A stretch of 63,038 bases of DNA, counting the filler, from Octopus bimaculoides (taxonomy: Eukaryota): assembly GCF_001194135.2 (NCBI RefSeq). It is 4 parts of 3 records of this genome, joined end to end, with 100 filler letters (N's around TTAATTAATTAA, not from the genome) between each part and the next. Parts side by side here need not be neighbours in the genome. Positions count along the whole stretch, not along the records: positions 21,208 to 50,638 come from NC_068983.1; 3 more parts are not named here. One strand, given 5' to 3'. Positions 37,421 to 49,510 of the stretch are shown piece by piece (position 1 is the stretch's first letter; each line of letters opens with the position of its first letter). Below the pieces are notes generated by a model. That model saw only the letters and a program-made list of their open reading frames with translations, was not told where the DNA came from and did not search any database. Both the position numbers and the translations under genes were made by a program.

Positions 37421-38389
37421 ACATGGGAGATATTTCTCAATTTATTAAAATTTCTTTGGTATTGANNNNNNNNNNNNNNNNNNNNNNNNNNNNNNNNNNN
37501 NNNNNNNNNNNNNNNNNNNNNNNNNNNNNNNNNNNNNNNNNNNNNNNNNNNNNNNNNNNNNNNNNNNNNNNNNNNNNNNNNNNNNNNNNNNNNNNNNNNN
37601 NNNNNNNNNNNNNNNNNNNNNNNNNNNNNNNNNNNNNNNNNNNNNNNNNNNNNNNNNNNNNNNNNNNNNNNNNNNNNNNNNNNNNNNNNNNNNNNNNNNN
37701 NNNNNNNNNNNNNNNNNNNNNNNNNNNNNNNNNNNNNNNNNNNNNNNNNNNNNNNNNNNNNNNNNNNNNNNNNNNNNNNNNNNNNNNNNNNNNNNNNNNN
37801 NNNNNNNNNNNNNNNNNNNNNNNNNNNNNNNNNNNNNNNNNNNNNNNNNNNNNNNNNNNNNNNNNNNNNNNNNNNNNNNNNNNNNNNNNNNNNNNNNNNN
37901 NNNNNNNNNNNNNNNNNNNNNNNNNNNNNNNNNNNNNNNNNNNNNNNNNNNNNNNNNNNNNNNNNNNNNNNNNNNNNNNNNNNNNNNNNNNNNNNNNNNN
38001 NNNNNNNNNNNNNNNNNNNNNNNNNNNNNNNNNNNNNNNNNNNNNNNNNNNNNNNNNNNTTCTTCATCCAATTATTATTATTATTATTATTATTATTATG
38101 GTAGCAAGGCAATGAGCTATCAGAGTCGTTAGCACACCAGGCAAAATGCTTAATGGCATTTCGCCAGTCGCTACGTTCTGAGTTCAAATTCCACTGAAGT
38201 TGGATTTGCCTTTCATCCTTTCGGGGTTGATAAATTAAGTACCAGTTGCGTACTGGGGTCGATGTAATTGTCTGGTCCCCTCCACCCAAATTCCAGGCTT
38301 TGTACCTTTAGTAGAAAGGATTATTGTTGCTGGTTATCATTAAATGCCTATCGGAGTAACTGATGCTTGCTTTTTGTTTTGTTTTCCAG

Positions 38390-38554
38390 TTGTCTCGGCC
38401 ATCTCAGGAACATCTACTACGTAGGTGTATATATCTTATACGTAAATACAAGTTTCAAGAAATAGCTTATGATGACCCAGTAAAAGCAGTTACATATTTA
38501 CAAACAGAACTAGCAGACATGGTGGATCATACAGATCCGGAAGAAACTAAACAA
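38390..38554 (+). CDS. MKLN1: Muskelin exon (C-terminal helical region)
   Basis: ttccag|TTG...CAA|gtgaga, 165 nt, phase 0/0. LSRPSQEHLLRRCIYLIRKYKFQEIAYDDPVKAVTYLQTELADMVDHTDPEETKQ. Confidence 0.96.
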
Positions 38555-38859
38555 GTGAGATAGCCTCTCTTTTTCTCCCTCTCTTGTGTAGTCTCTTCTC
38601 TCTTTTCAATCCATATAAAGTGGAGTTTATCTTTGCTGTTGCAAGTGGAAGATTTTTAAAATATGAGGCACAGATTGTATGATTTGTGTGGTTAGGAAGT
38701 TTGTTTCCCAGACACATGGTTTCAGTCTCACTGTGTGAAATCTTTAGCAAGTGGATTAAGTGAATGGAAACTGAATGAAGTCTGTCGTGTGTGTGTGTCT
38801 TTGTAAAAGGATTGTCACAGTTATAAAAGCAGTATCACCCATTTCCAATATTCGGTGAG

Positions 38860-39650
38860 TAGCGAGGTCATTGCCAGTGCCACTGGGCTGGCTCCCATGC
38901 AGGTGGCACGTAAAAAACACCATTTTGAGCATGGCTTTTGCCAGTACCGCCTGACTGGCCTTTGTGCCAGTGGCACGTAAAAGCACTCACTACACTCTCA
39001 GAGTGGTTGATGTTAGGAAGGGCATCCAGCTGTAGAAACTCTGCCAGATCAGATTGGAGCCTGGTGCAGCCATCTGGTTCACCAGACCTCAGTCAAACCG
39101 TCCAACCCATGCCAGCATGGAATGCGGATGTTAAACGATGATGATGATGATGATGATGTCTGACCATGGAGAAGTATTTACTTTCGTCGGAAACAGGTGA
39201 GGGTTGGCAACAGGAAGGGCATCTGGCAGTTGATGCAAGTATGGAAAAATGGATGTGAAAGGATGAGGAGAGCTGTGTAAAGAAGTGGCGATCTTTAAGT
39301 GTAGAGGGAACCTGTAGAAGAGGTAGACCCAGGAAGACATAGGACAAAGCAGTGAAGCACGATCTTCAAACGTTGGGCGTCATGGAGATGATGACAAGTG
39401 ACTGAGACCCTTTTGGCGATATGCCGTGTTTGAGAAAACTGCCAAGTGAAATCATAGTCATCGCCTGTGTCAGGTAACTGGCCCCCATTGCACTGTGGGA
39501 GTGGTTGGCATTAGGAAGGACGTCCAACCCTGCCAAACCAGACTGGAACATAGTGCAGCTCTCCAGGTTACCAGTTCCAGTCAAACTGTCTAACCCATGC
39601 CAGCATGGAATGCAGACGTTAAACGATGATGATGATGATGATGATGATAT
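38860..39650 (+). mobile_element. Two RTE 3' fragments/tails in tandem
   Basis: Tail at 38860-39160. The second copy has VEGTCRRGRPRKT*DKAVKHDLQTLG (about 39280-39450) and a (GAT)n end near 39650. Confidence 0.8.
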
Positions 39651-39659
39651 ATATATATA

Positions 39660-41060
39660 TATATATAAGGAAAATAGGACAAGGTAGAAAATGCTAAAAC
39701 AATTTTATTATGAAGAACATTTTAGTTCCGGTTTCAGTCTTTGCGACTTTTTCAACTTGTAAAGCAGGGAAAACGAATTGTGGAAAAATTAAATGAAATG
39801 TTTGTTTTAAAATATCTCCATAGTCTTCAAATAAAAGGGACATATTCCTCTTTTTCTGTGTCTCTCTCTTTTTCACTCTTGTAAAGTCTTGGTAGTAGCA
39901 GATGTAAAAGAATATTTGATATGAGGGATGTGAGTTCTTGGTTTTGATTGTTTAAGCAGCAGCAGCTGAGGAAGGAGAAGGAGTAGGAAAAGAAGAGAGA
40001 GAAGCAGAAAAAGACGGGAGTAGTATGACAGTAGTCATTAGGATGTTGGTAGAGCTTTCTTAAATGGTCAAGTGACCTAAAAGTGATCCTTTGTGGTTGG
40101 AATAGTAGTGATTGGAATTGTTCTGAATAAATTCATGGCTAGTGACTGTTCTGAATTTATCGTTTTTAATATTTGTGTGGGTTTTATTCTAAGGCCCTTG
40201 TAATAGTGTCATTTGTGGTGGGCGCATTCAAAAGGGATTTATATTTTGCGATAAAATATGACTCTTTGCTAATGTGTTGATTATAGGTTGCATCGTCCCT
40301 GAATTTATAAAGGGGAAAATTCTGAATTTGGGTTGTTAGTGACACAAATGTCAATGTGTTCTCTAAATGCTATATTTCGGTATTTCGAAATTTTAATCTG
40401 GAATCTATGTAGGGTCATCCTCTGGTGTAGACTGCTTTTTGGTTTGGCCTATGTATTGCTCTTGACACCCTGATCAAGTTAACACATATATTAGGTTTGC
40501 CAAAGCACATATGAAGTTCATTTTCACTGTAAAACGTTGACCTTGTTTGAAAGAGAACTCTGATCCCTCAATTAGGTTGATGCATGTACCACAGTTAGAT
40601 CTTCCACATTTTTTTTACTGAAGGTTTCAATGTTGTTGACGAGTGTACTTGGGCTTGTGGTTGGAGACCTTTCATTGACTTGGGTTGTATTTTGCTCTTT
40701 ATGATGGTCTGTGCGTTTGGAGGATTAGGTTCATTCTGTGGTCCCTTTTTTAGTAAGGGAATGTTCTGGAGGATGGTGTCGAAGGCTTCATTGTTAAGGG
40801 GGTTGTGTGTGGAGATGTATGGTAGGTGCTTTTGGTTGTAAATCCTTCTTTAGTTTGGAATGTCTGGATTTGTGCATGTTGAGTTGTAGGGCACGTTATA
40901 AGTTTATATCAATTAGTGAGGGTCAGTAGTTCCTACTGATGTGTATATCGTTTAGTTCGTGTCGAAAATGTCTCAATGACCGAAACTGGTACTAAAATGT
41001 ATTTCATGATAAAATTATTTTAGCATTTTCTACCTTGTCTTATTTTGCTTATACATATCA
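39660..41060 (-). mobile_element. Penelope-like element (Neptune-type) 3' half with ~95-bp inverted terminal copy
   Basis: LPYISTHNPLNNEAF...KKCGRSNCGTCINL...NLIYVLT*SGCQEQYIGQT...HQRMTLHRFQIK...EHIDIC...FRIFPLYKF (Cys linker plus GIY-YIG). 39660-39756 is the reverse complement of 40962-41060. Confidence 0.85.
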
Positions 41061-41711
41061 ACTCGTGTGTTCCTTTTCAACCTTCTACATAAATGTATAT
41101 GTGTGTGTGTGTATATATATATACATATATACAGGCATGAGTAATAGAAAATGGATTGTACTACAAAATTGTTTCCATACATCATTAGACCCATAATATG
41201 TTGATGGGGGTGCTATAATTAACAGGTTCTGTAATCACTGTCATCTATCAAAGGTATCAGATATGTGCTTCTTTGGATGTTTGTTTTAAAGAAGTCCTTT
41301 GTTATATCATACTGTCATGTTGTCACTGAGTGTTGGAAGGAATACCCAAAGCAGTGTCTTCAGCAATTTGCACATAGGCTCTTTTATCTGCAAATAACAC
41401 ACTGCTTTGAATATTCTTGTACATATAGACACACACATGACAGGCTTCGTACAGTTTCTGTCTGTCAAATTTGCTGAGAGGCATTGGTTAAGCCTGAGTG
41501 TAAAAGTCATCCACAGTACTGTGCATAGGGATTGAACCTGAAAGCCTGTGCTTGTGAAGTAAACTTCTTAACCACACAACCATGCATGTAACTACAATCA
41601 CTGACCATAAATATTGTTTGGATCTTCAATTAAATATTTTTTTGTTAAAATGTCAAAAGTAAAATCTCATTTTGTTATTTGGATTAAAATGTCTTTTTAA
41701 TTGTTGTTCAG

Positions 41712-41772
41712 TTTCAGTTATTGGCATCAACATTGTTCAAAGATCAATCAGAAGATGAAGAGATGACAGAGA
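41712..41772 (+). CDS. MKLN1: Muskelin exon
   Basis: gttcag|TTT...GAGA|gtaaga, 61 nt, phase 0/1. FQLLASTLFKDQSEDEEMTE; FQLLAS-LFK is conserved in muskelins. Confidence 0.92.
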
Positions 41773-42274
41773 GTAAGAATTGATTTTCTTCTGTCTTTAC
41801 CGTTTCTGTGCAATTGAATAACAAATGAGAAAGAGTGAATGAAAGACTCCTTTCCACCTCACTCAAAGTGAAAACAGTTTCTGTGTAGTATTTAAGTAGA
41901 TGTGGTTAAATGGCCAGAAAGCATGGTGTCCCTAGTCTTTGCCTGTAAAATGTTTCTTTTATGTACAACAGAACATATCTGGAGGCTGTTTTTATCTGCG
42001 TTGGGATGATTGTAACCACTTAAGGTATGTCTGGACAGAAGAATTGCAGAGAACGGCGGTTTCATGTTTTGATTCTCACTGGAATGTTCTGTGTATCCTC
42101 CTTAAATATCTACACATTCCTTAATATTAATGAGGAAAATAAACTAAATAGACCTATTAGCCTATTTTAGCCCTTTTTCTAGGCAGCTGGATGAGATATT
42201 ATTAATTTACTGGTTTGTTTTCTTTCATTGCAACTATGCACTATAGAACAGATCTGTGTTCTACATTGCAGCAT

Positions 42275-42480
42275 ATGGCAGAATCGTTAGCATGCTGGAC
42301 GAAGTGCATAGCGGTATTTTGCCCGTCGTTACGTTCTGAGTTCAAATTTCACCAAGGTCGACTTTGCCTTTCATCCTTTTGGGGTCAATAAAATAAGTAC
42401 CAGTGAAACACTGGGGTCTATGTAATCGACTAGTCCCCTCCCCCCAAATTTCAGGCCTTGTGCTTTAAGTAGAAAGGATT
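42275..42480 (+). mobile_element. SINE family B
   Basis: tggcagaatcgttagc...gagttcaaattt...ggtcgactttgcctttcatcc...gtagaaaggatt. Confidence 0.85.
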
Positions 42481-42729
42481 TTATATAGGACAAGGCTATG
42501 TTATGAGGATTATAAGCAATTTATCTATAGCAAAGGTTGGCAAATTGATTAGTATTGACACCTGATACAATTTGAAGCATAGATATAACAGATATTGATC
42601 CTTAAGGATTTATATTGATAAATAGCTGAAACAATTTGAAGCATAAACGGTGTTGAATTTTTAGCAAACTGAATCTAGATGAGTGCAAGTAATTTAAGGC
42701 TAAAACTCACTAATTTCTAGCCAAATATT

Positions 42730-42935
42730 CTTGTGCACTCTAAGCACAAGGCCCGAAATTTTGTGGGAAGGGGCCAGTCGATTAGATCAACCCCAATACA
42801 CAGCTGGTACTTAATTTATCAAACTCCCAAAAGGATCAAAAGCAAAATTGACCTCGGCAGAATTTGAACTGAGAATGTAAAGACAGATGAAACACTGCTA
42901 AGCATTTTGCCCGGTCTACTAACGTTTCTGCCAAA
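42730..42935 (-). mobile_element. SINE family B, inverted
   Basis: Reverse complement of the family B consensus. Confidence 0.85.
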
Positions 42936-43329
42936 TATTTGATGCAAAGACTAGTATTCACCAAACATATATTTCACTTTAAATATTCCAACTATATCAA
43001 TATGACTGAATTTTTATTGTTCTTTATCAATTTCATTAAATTTCTGTAAGTATTTCTTACTAAAAAGTGGTAAAGACACAATAAATGAAAGGAATTATTG
43101 TTTGTAAATGGAGAAATGTTTTTATTTATTATATTTAAAAAGAAATTTACATGGTCTCTGAAACTTGGTGAAGTCCTTGGCCTTGCCAGCTCCTGTGAAG
43201 TCGTCCAACCCTTGCCAGCATGGAAAACAGACGTTAAATGTCAATGACACAATGGGGGTTGATTCCATGAAAGGGTTAATTAATAAGCTTGCCACCCCTT
43301 CTTTTGTACTATTTGTCTTTGGAAAATAA

Positions 43330-43375
43330 GATGGAACAGCTGTTTTGATCCTTATGAGGATCTTCATCAGCCATC
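43330..43375 (-). ncRNA. Minimal hammerhead motif with G12A lesion
   Basis: Minus strand reads GATGG-CTGATGA-A-GATCC(tcataa)GGATC-AAA-ACAGCTGT-T-CCATC. All stems are perfect; G12 is replaced by A. Confidence 0.65.
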
Positions 43376-43992
43376 GTCTCCATTCTTTACCTATCAACAC
43401 CTCAGTAAAATATTTATGAGACCCCGGGAGCAGGGATTGAGGTGCAATCAACCACAAGGACACGAGTTTAAACCTTCTTCCAGCCAATGTAACCTATCTT
43501 AGCCAGGATACATAACTCTGGTCTACTTTGCCACACTGAAAGCTTGGTTCCGTTTTTAGTTTATAATATAGGACCCTGGGCCATAAACAGCGATTTTCTC
43601 TGACAGAGATCAACCCCAGCCTTTTTACTGAAACACACCCAGGGTCCTTTAGTAAAGTTTCTTCAGTTGCTGTTGTTGTTGGAATTTAAAAACTGCTGTT
43701 TGGGATTATGTATGATTCTTGAAATGAAGATGATTTTATTGACCATCCAACATGTTTTCAGAATATTCTTGCTTTCACAGTTTTGGTTCTGCTCATACAG
43801 TTGTAAAGAACAAGGATTGAGATGTGCTCAGTGGTGAGTGGCAGCACGGGAAGGAGAGCAGCCATATAATAAACCTGGAGACAAAATTCAGAGAGGGAGG
43901 AGGGTGAAGAGAGAGAGAGATGGATAGCAGAGGGTTGTGGTGGTGAGAAGCCATCAACAGAAGATAGGACAGGGTGATAAAAATGAATGTAA

Positions 43993-44280
<288 letters not shown>

Positions 44281-46600
44281 CTGAACAGATCCGTTTGAGC
44301 CGCCGCCGCCTTTTTTTTCCTCCGGCCTAACCACCGCCACCACTGCTGTTACTGCTGCCACCGTCGTTGTCATCACACACACAGACACTCCTATACATAC
44401 ACTCAAACTTCTAGGAAAGTTGAGAGAGACCCAGTGATGCTTCTCAGACAGTTCCTTCCTTCTTTCTATCCTTGACTTTTGGGACAATTAAAAGACACCC
44501 CCCCCCTCCAACAACCATCAACAGCTGAAGTAAAACAGTTTAGATTTAAAAAAAAGAAAATTTTTAACTTAATTTCTTTTTTTTTTTTTTTTTTTTTTTG
44601 TGTGCATCTCTCAGTTTCTGATAAGTGTATGTTTTTTTTTTTTGTTCAATGCACACTCACAACATCATATACCCTCTTTATGAACACCGGTGTGTATATA
44701 TACAGTCTGGATGTGTATATATACAATTGATGAAGGCTGTACGTTTGTGCAACTGTGAACATAAGGATTTCTGCTATACAATGACAATTCTATCTCAACC
44801 TCTCACACTTGTCAACATCTTCATCCAACATCAATGGTTTTTCAGTTCTCACCTCGTCTCTCTTTTCTAGTCTTCCTCTTTTGCCATCAAACAGTTCATT
44901 CTTTATTGCCCTCTTCCTAGTCCAAATACTAATCACAAAAAATATGACCATTTTTATGGTTTCAAGTCATAAAAATCTTGATTCTGTGGTGTTTTATAAA
45001 TAACACATTTTCTAATCTTTTTCTTCTTTTCGTTGTTTTGACTTTCATTAATTTTTATGAAAAGAAAAAATGTTTAAGTTTCAGACAAATTGTTAAGTCC
45101 AAGGATGACCAACCTGGTGGATTATTGTTTGTAATTCCAGGATTGTCTTAAAATCTTATAAATTATGGATTTCAAGAAATTGTTTTTTAAATATATTAAT
45201 GTTAGTGCTTGTTTGATTGTTTGCATTGTATTAATATACAATATACTAATATTTAGAGATAAGCAAGAGTAGTGTTCATATTACTCAGAGGTAAACAAAA
45301 TATCATTTTTTCTGATTTTTATTTCCTCCATTAATATATTTTTTTATTTCCTCTGGTAACTTCCCAACACGTTTGGTCTCATACTCTTTACTGAACAATC
45401 TGTTGTTACTAATAATATCTCTATTACTACTACGTCAGCTTTCTTCTTTCACAACTGTTTTACTTCACCAAATCCATCTTTTGTCCCTCACACTCAACAC
45501 ACCACTTGTACAACCATTCTCTCCACCACCCCTACTCCCCTCCCAGCCTTTCTCTCTGGTCTTGATAAAAATCTATCCTTGTGTTTCCCTGTGTTTTTCT
45601 TCCTTTCATTCAATTGTTTCAGTTTCTTGGATTTAAATTATATTTTGTTTCCCTTATCAAATCAAAACAAGTTATTTATTTGGGGAGAAAACAAAAAAAA
45701 AAGAATAACGTTTGCACTTGTTCTTCTTAATCTCTAAATATTTTGAGACTTTCAGGAAATGCTGAGCAAACTTGAGAAATCATTTTGTGTTTCAAACAAA
45801 AACAAAGAAAACAGACTGCAGCAGACGTTGGTGGTGTTAACAAAATGGTTTTCTGTTTTTATTCTGGGTAACTTTTCCAATAATTTGAAATGATTGTCAC
45901 CTTCTTGCATAAACTTGGAAGCAGTTGAATATTATCCAACATTAAATTTGCTCATTTTCACCTGTTGGCATTCAGTAATTGACTTTTAGGTGGGAATTAT
46001 CATCATAAAATGGAAAATTTTTTTCACTGGCGCCAAACAAAAAGAAATTACTCCTCCGTGTAAAATAAATTTTAAAATATTATTTCTCAGTTTATTTTGT
46101 AATTTTCAGTTACAAAAAAACACATCCCTTTTGTATGTTTCCATCTATCATTAATGTTTCCAAGAAAACAGCCAAAAATATCACTTTTTAATTAAGACAA
46201 AGTAATTAATCTCCCTAAATAATACTTTCATTGCATCAGAACTTCTTGTCTAAAGAATATTTAAAAAAAAACCTCTAAAACCTAGAAAGCTTGAGACTTG
46301 TTAGTGTTCTGCCATCACTGCTTTATTTGCAGAGCAGCAGGTTTTGAGACGAATCCCTATTCGATGTGGGTTTCATCAGATTTTCATGTCAGAAGTATTT
46401 TGCTATTTAAAAAAAAATGGGGTGAAAGAACTGTATTTCAGTAACTGTGATAATGAAGTTAAATTGCTGACACCCACTTTTTAAATTATTATTCTTTTTT
46501 GTTTCAAAATCGAAGAATAGATTTTATAAAATTCAATAAATATTAAAAACTTCCAATAAAAATAAAATCAATTTTTTTTTTAACAAAAATATCTTTCACA
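44281..46600 (+). other. MKLN1: Probable long muskelin 3' UTR
   Basis: U-rich, SINE-free stretch following the stop codon. The end is inferred from clustered AATAAA hexamers; there is no transcript evidence. Confidence 0.45.
46535..46566 (+). promoter_or_regulatory. Candidate polyadenylation signal cluster
   Basis: AATAAA at 46535, 46555 and 46561, followed by a T-rich tract (another AATAAA at 46063). The AT-rich background makes chance matches likely. Confidence 0.35.
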
Positions 46601-47966
46601 GTTTGGCCAATTTATATTTTTACAGGCTTTTGATGTGGGGTCATTTCGTATGGAAATGAAACAGCATCAAAGAAGATAAACATTTAAAGATTTCACCGAC
46701 TTTGCAGGAACACAATCCCTGTTTATTTGCTTCCAACAACTGTTAACCTCGTCTTTTCTTTTTTCTCTGCTCAATCTGCAATAGTTCTTTGTGTTATATA
46801 GGTGCAGGCATGGCTGTGTGCTAAGAAGCTTGCCTCCCAACTACATGGTTCTGGCATCTTGGACAAGTGTTTGCTACTGTAATCCCAGGCTGACCAATGT
46901 CTTACAAGTGGATTTGGTAGACAGAAACTAAAAGAAGTATGTCCTTGCCTTTATAGTGCAAGAAAGTTGTAAATGAGTATCACTGTCATACAAGCAGTCC
47001 TCTGAAAATATTATCTTACTTGGGAGTTGGTGACAGAAGAGCATCCATCTGGCCTGAGAGAATTTACCTCAATAAATTCTGTCTGACCCATGCAAAAATG
47101 GACAGGAAAATGATTTCTGCTGAGATAAACCAAATGTAATCAGGATCTCTTGTTGAGATGGACAGGTGTTATTGCGCACATCCTCTTGGTGATCTTCTCT
47201 GAAAATCATTCTTCCCTATTTCCTCCCACATCCCACGACCAACAAAGTCTTCTCCCTTGCACATACTACCTTCTGACTCAATGTCCAGGTTTTCTCCCAA
47301 CACATCCATTTTTGTTGATATTTACGGGGATGGAATCGGGATTTTTGTCAGGGGTTCTTCTATTCCTTTGCCATGTGATACACAAGAGACATCCTTCCCT
47401 AGTGTCATGTATGATACACATCCTTAGTTTCTTCCAACCATGACAGTCACTTGGGGAAAGCAAATCTGTTTTACCGAGAATGTGCCGGTGGCATGTAAAA
47501 AGCACCCACTCCATTCTCGGAGAGGTTGGCATTACGAAGGGCATCCAGCTGTAGAAATATTGCCAGATCAGATTGGAGCCTGGTGCACTCACTGGCTCCA
47601 GACCTCAGTCAACCTGTCCAACCCATGCCAGCATAGAAAACGGATGTTAAACAATGATGTATGAAGCAAGAGCTAAACTAATGGACGTTTAAGGTAAATT
47701 TAAGCAAATGCTTTGGACAGGCAAAGAATTAGAAAGTTGTGCCATGAGACTTTTTTAAAAAGAAGAAACTAAAACATGAGATAATGAGTGAGGAAGTCTA
47801 TGGAATGAAATGGAAATTAATTAATGATGCAAAGAAAGACTAATGAACCTTTAGAATTGGGGAAATTCTAACGATTGGAACTGGCTGGAATTATAGCTTA
47901 CTTATTGACCCCTTTGTTACTGTATATCTGTTGAAATACTTTAATTTTGAAAAGAATGAAAAATCA

Positions 47967-48672
47967 TGATCATCATCATCATCGTTTAACGTCTGCTTTC
48001 CATGCTGGCATGGGTTGGACGATTTGACTGAGGACTGGCGAACCAGATGGCTACACCAGGCTCCAATCTGATCTGGCAGAGTTTCTACAGCTGGATGCCC
48101 TTCCTAACGCCAACCACTCCGAGAGCGTAGTGGGTGCTTTTACATGCCACCGGCACGAAGGCCAGTCAGGCAGCACTGGCAACAACCATACTCAAAATGG
48201 TGTATTTTATGTGCCACCTGCACAGGAGCCAGTCCAGGGGCACTGGCAACGATCTCGCTCGAATGTCTTTTCATGTGCCACTGGCACAGAAAGCGACGTT
48301 GGTAACGGTCATGCTCAAATGGTGCTATTTATGTGCCACCGGCATGAAAGCCAGACAGCTGGTGCTCTGGCAACGATCATGCTCGGACGGTGCTCTTAGT
48401 GATCTACTGGTACAGGTGCCATCACGATTTCACTTTCCCTTGCCCCAACAGGTCTTTGCAAGCCGAGTTTAGTGTTCAATGAAGGAATGTTACGCATAAG
48501 TGGGCTGGCTACATCCCTGGCAGAGGCCTTGGATTTTGGTCTCACTTGTCTTGCCGGGTCTTCTCACGCACAGCATATTTCCAAAGGTCTCGGTCACAAG
48601 TCATTGCCTCAGTGAGGCCTAATGTTCGAAGGTCATGCTTCACCACTTCATCCCAGGTCTTCCTCTTCCAGC
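47967..48672 (-). mobile_element. RTE-clade LINE 3' end with full 3' UTR and (GAT)n tail
   Basis: RKTWDEVVKHDLRTLGLTEAMTCDRDLWKYAVREKTRQDK*, followed by the family C tail. Confidence 0.9.
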
Positions 48673-49059
48673 TGCACAAATGATGGAAGTTTTTTCTTAC
48701 CTTTTTTGCTGAATTCACAAACTGACTGGCAGGAATAAAATGATACCTGTTAATTTCCATCTCTGCTCAACGTATACACGTGTGTGTGTGTGTGCGTTAC
48801 CAGGATTATGAATCTGTGTCTGTTTCTCTACCTCTTACTTCCACTCCCTTCACTTCTTTCATCCCTCACCGCCAACGCCATTTATTGACCCATATTTTTC
48901 CTGTGTACCTAGATTTTTGTTGCCAGAAATAAAAGGGTCAGTACTCTTAGACACACATAAGTCTGTCCCCAGTTTATTTCTCCAGAGGGAATTAAGATGG
49001 CATCGCTTTCAGCACTGACCAGTTCTACTACGACATGCACGCACACGAGTTTGTAATTA

Positions 49060-49510
49060 CCTGTCTGTTTCTAGCTAACCAGTTGAGGGAAGACAATACT
49101 GCAGGATTAGTTGAATGAATAAGATATAAACATTCAACTGCAGCAACAGGATACTATACAATCGAGATAACAGGGTACTAGAAAAGCTACTGAAGTAAGA
49201 GGGTGCTAGACAACCAGCTGAAATTATCGGGTACTGGAAAACTAGTTATAGAAACAAGGTGCTACAGAACCCACTTATACAACAAAGTACTACTGAATCT
49301 GTGAGGCAACAATAAACCAGCATAAGTGTGCTGAAGTACCTGTTGTGATGACAAAATATAGGACCAGTTGAATGAAAGGGTGTTACAGAAGTACATGAAG
49401 CAACAGGACTCTACACGAGTTGAGTCAACAGGATATTACAGGACTAGTGTAAGAGAGACACTGAGAAAACCAGCTGAGATGAAAGGGTATGACACCGAGG
49501 GTTTAAAGGG
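49060..49510. repeat. Highly degenerate 28-bp minisatellite
   Basis: gggtact/gggtgct-like anchors at 49173, 49201, 49229, 49257 and 49285, and again at 49378/49406. Confidence 0.75.

Noticed and set aside
49060-49510. CRISPR-like periodicity
   Set aside because: No conserved repeat and unique spacer alternation, eukaryotic context, and no cas genes.
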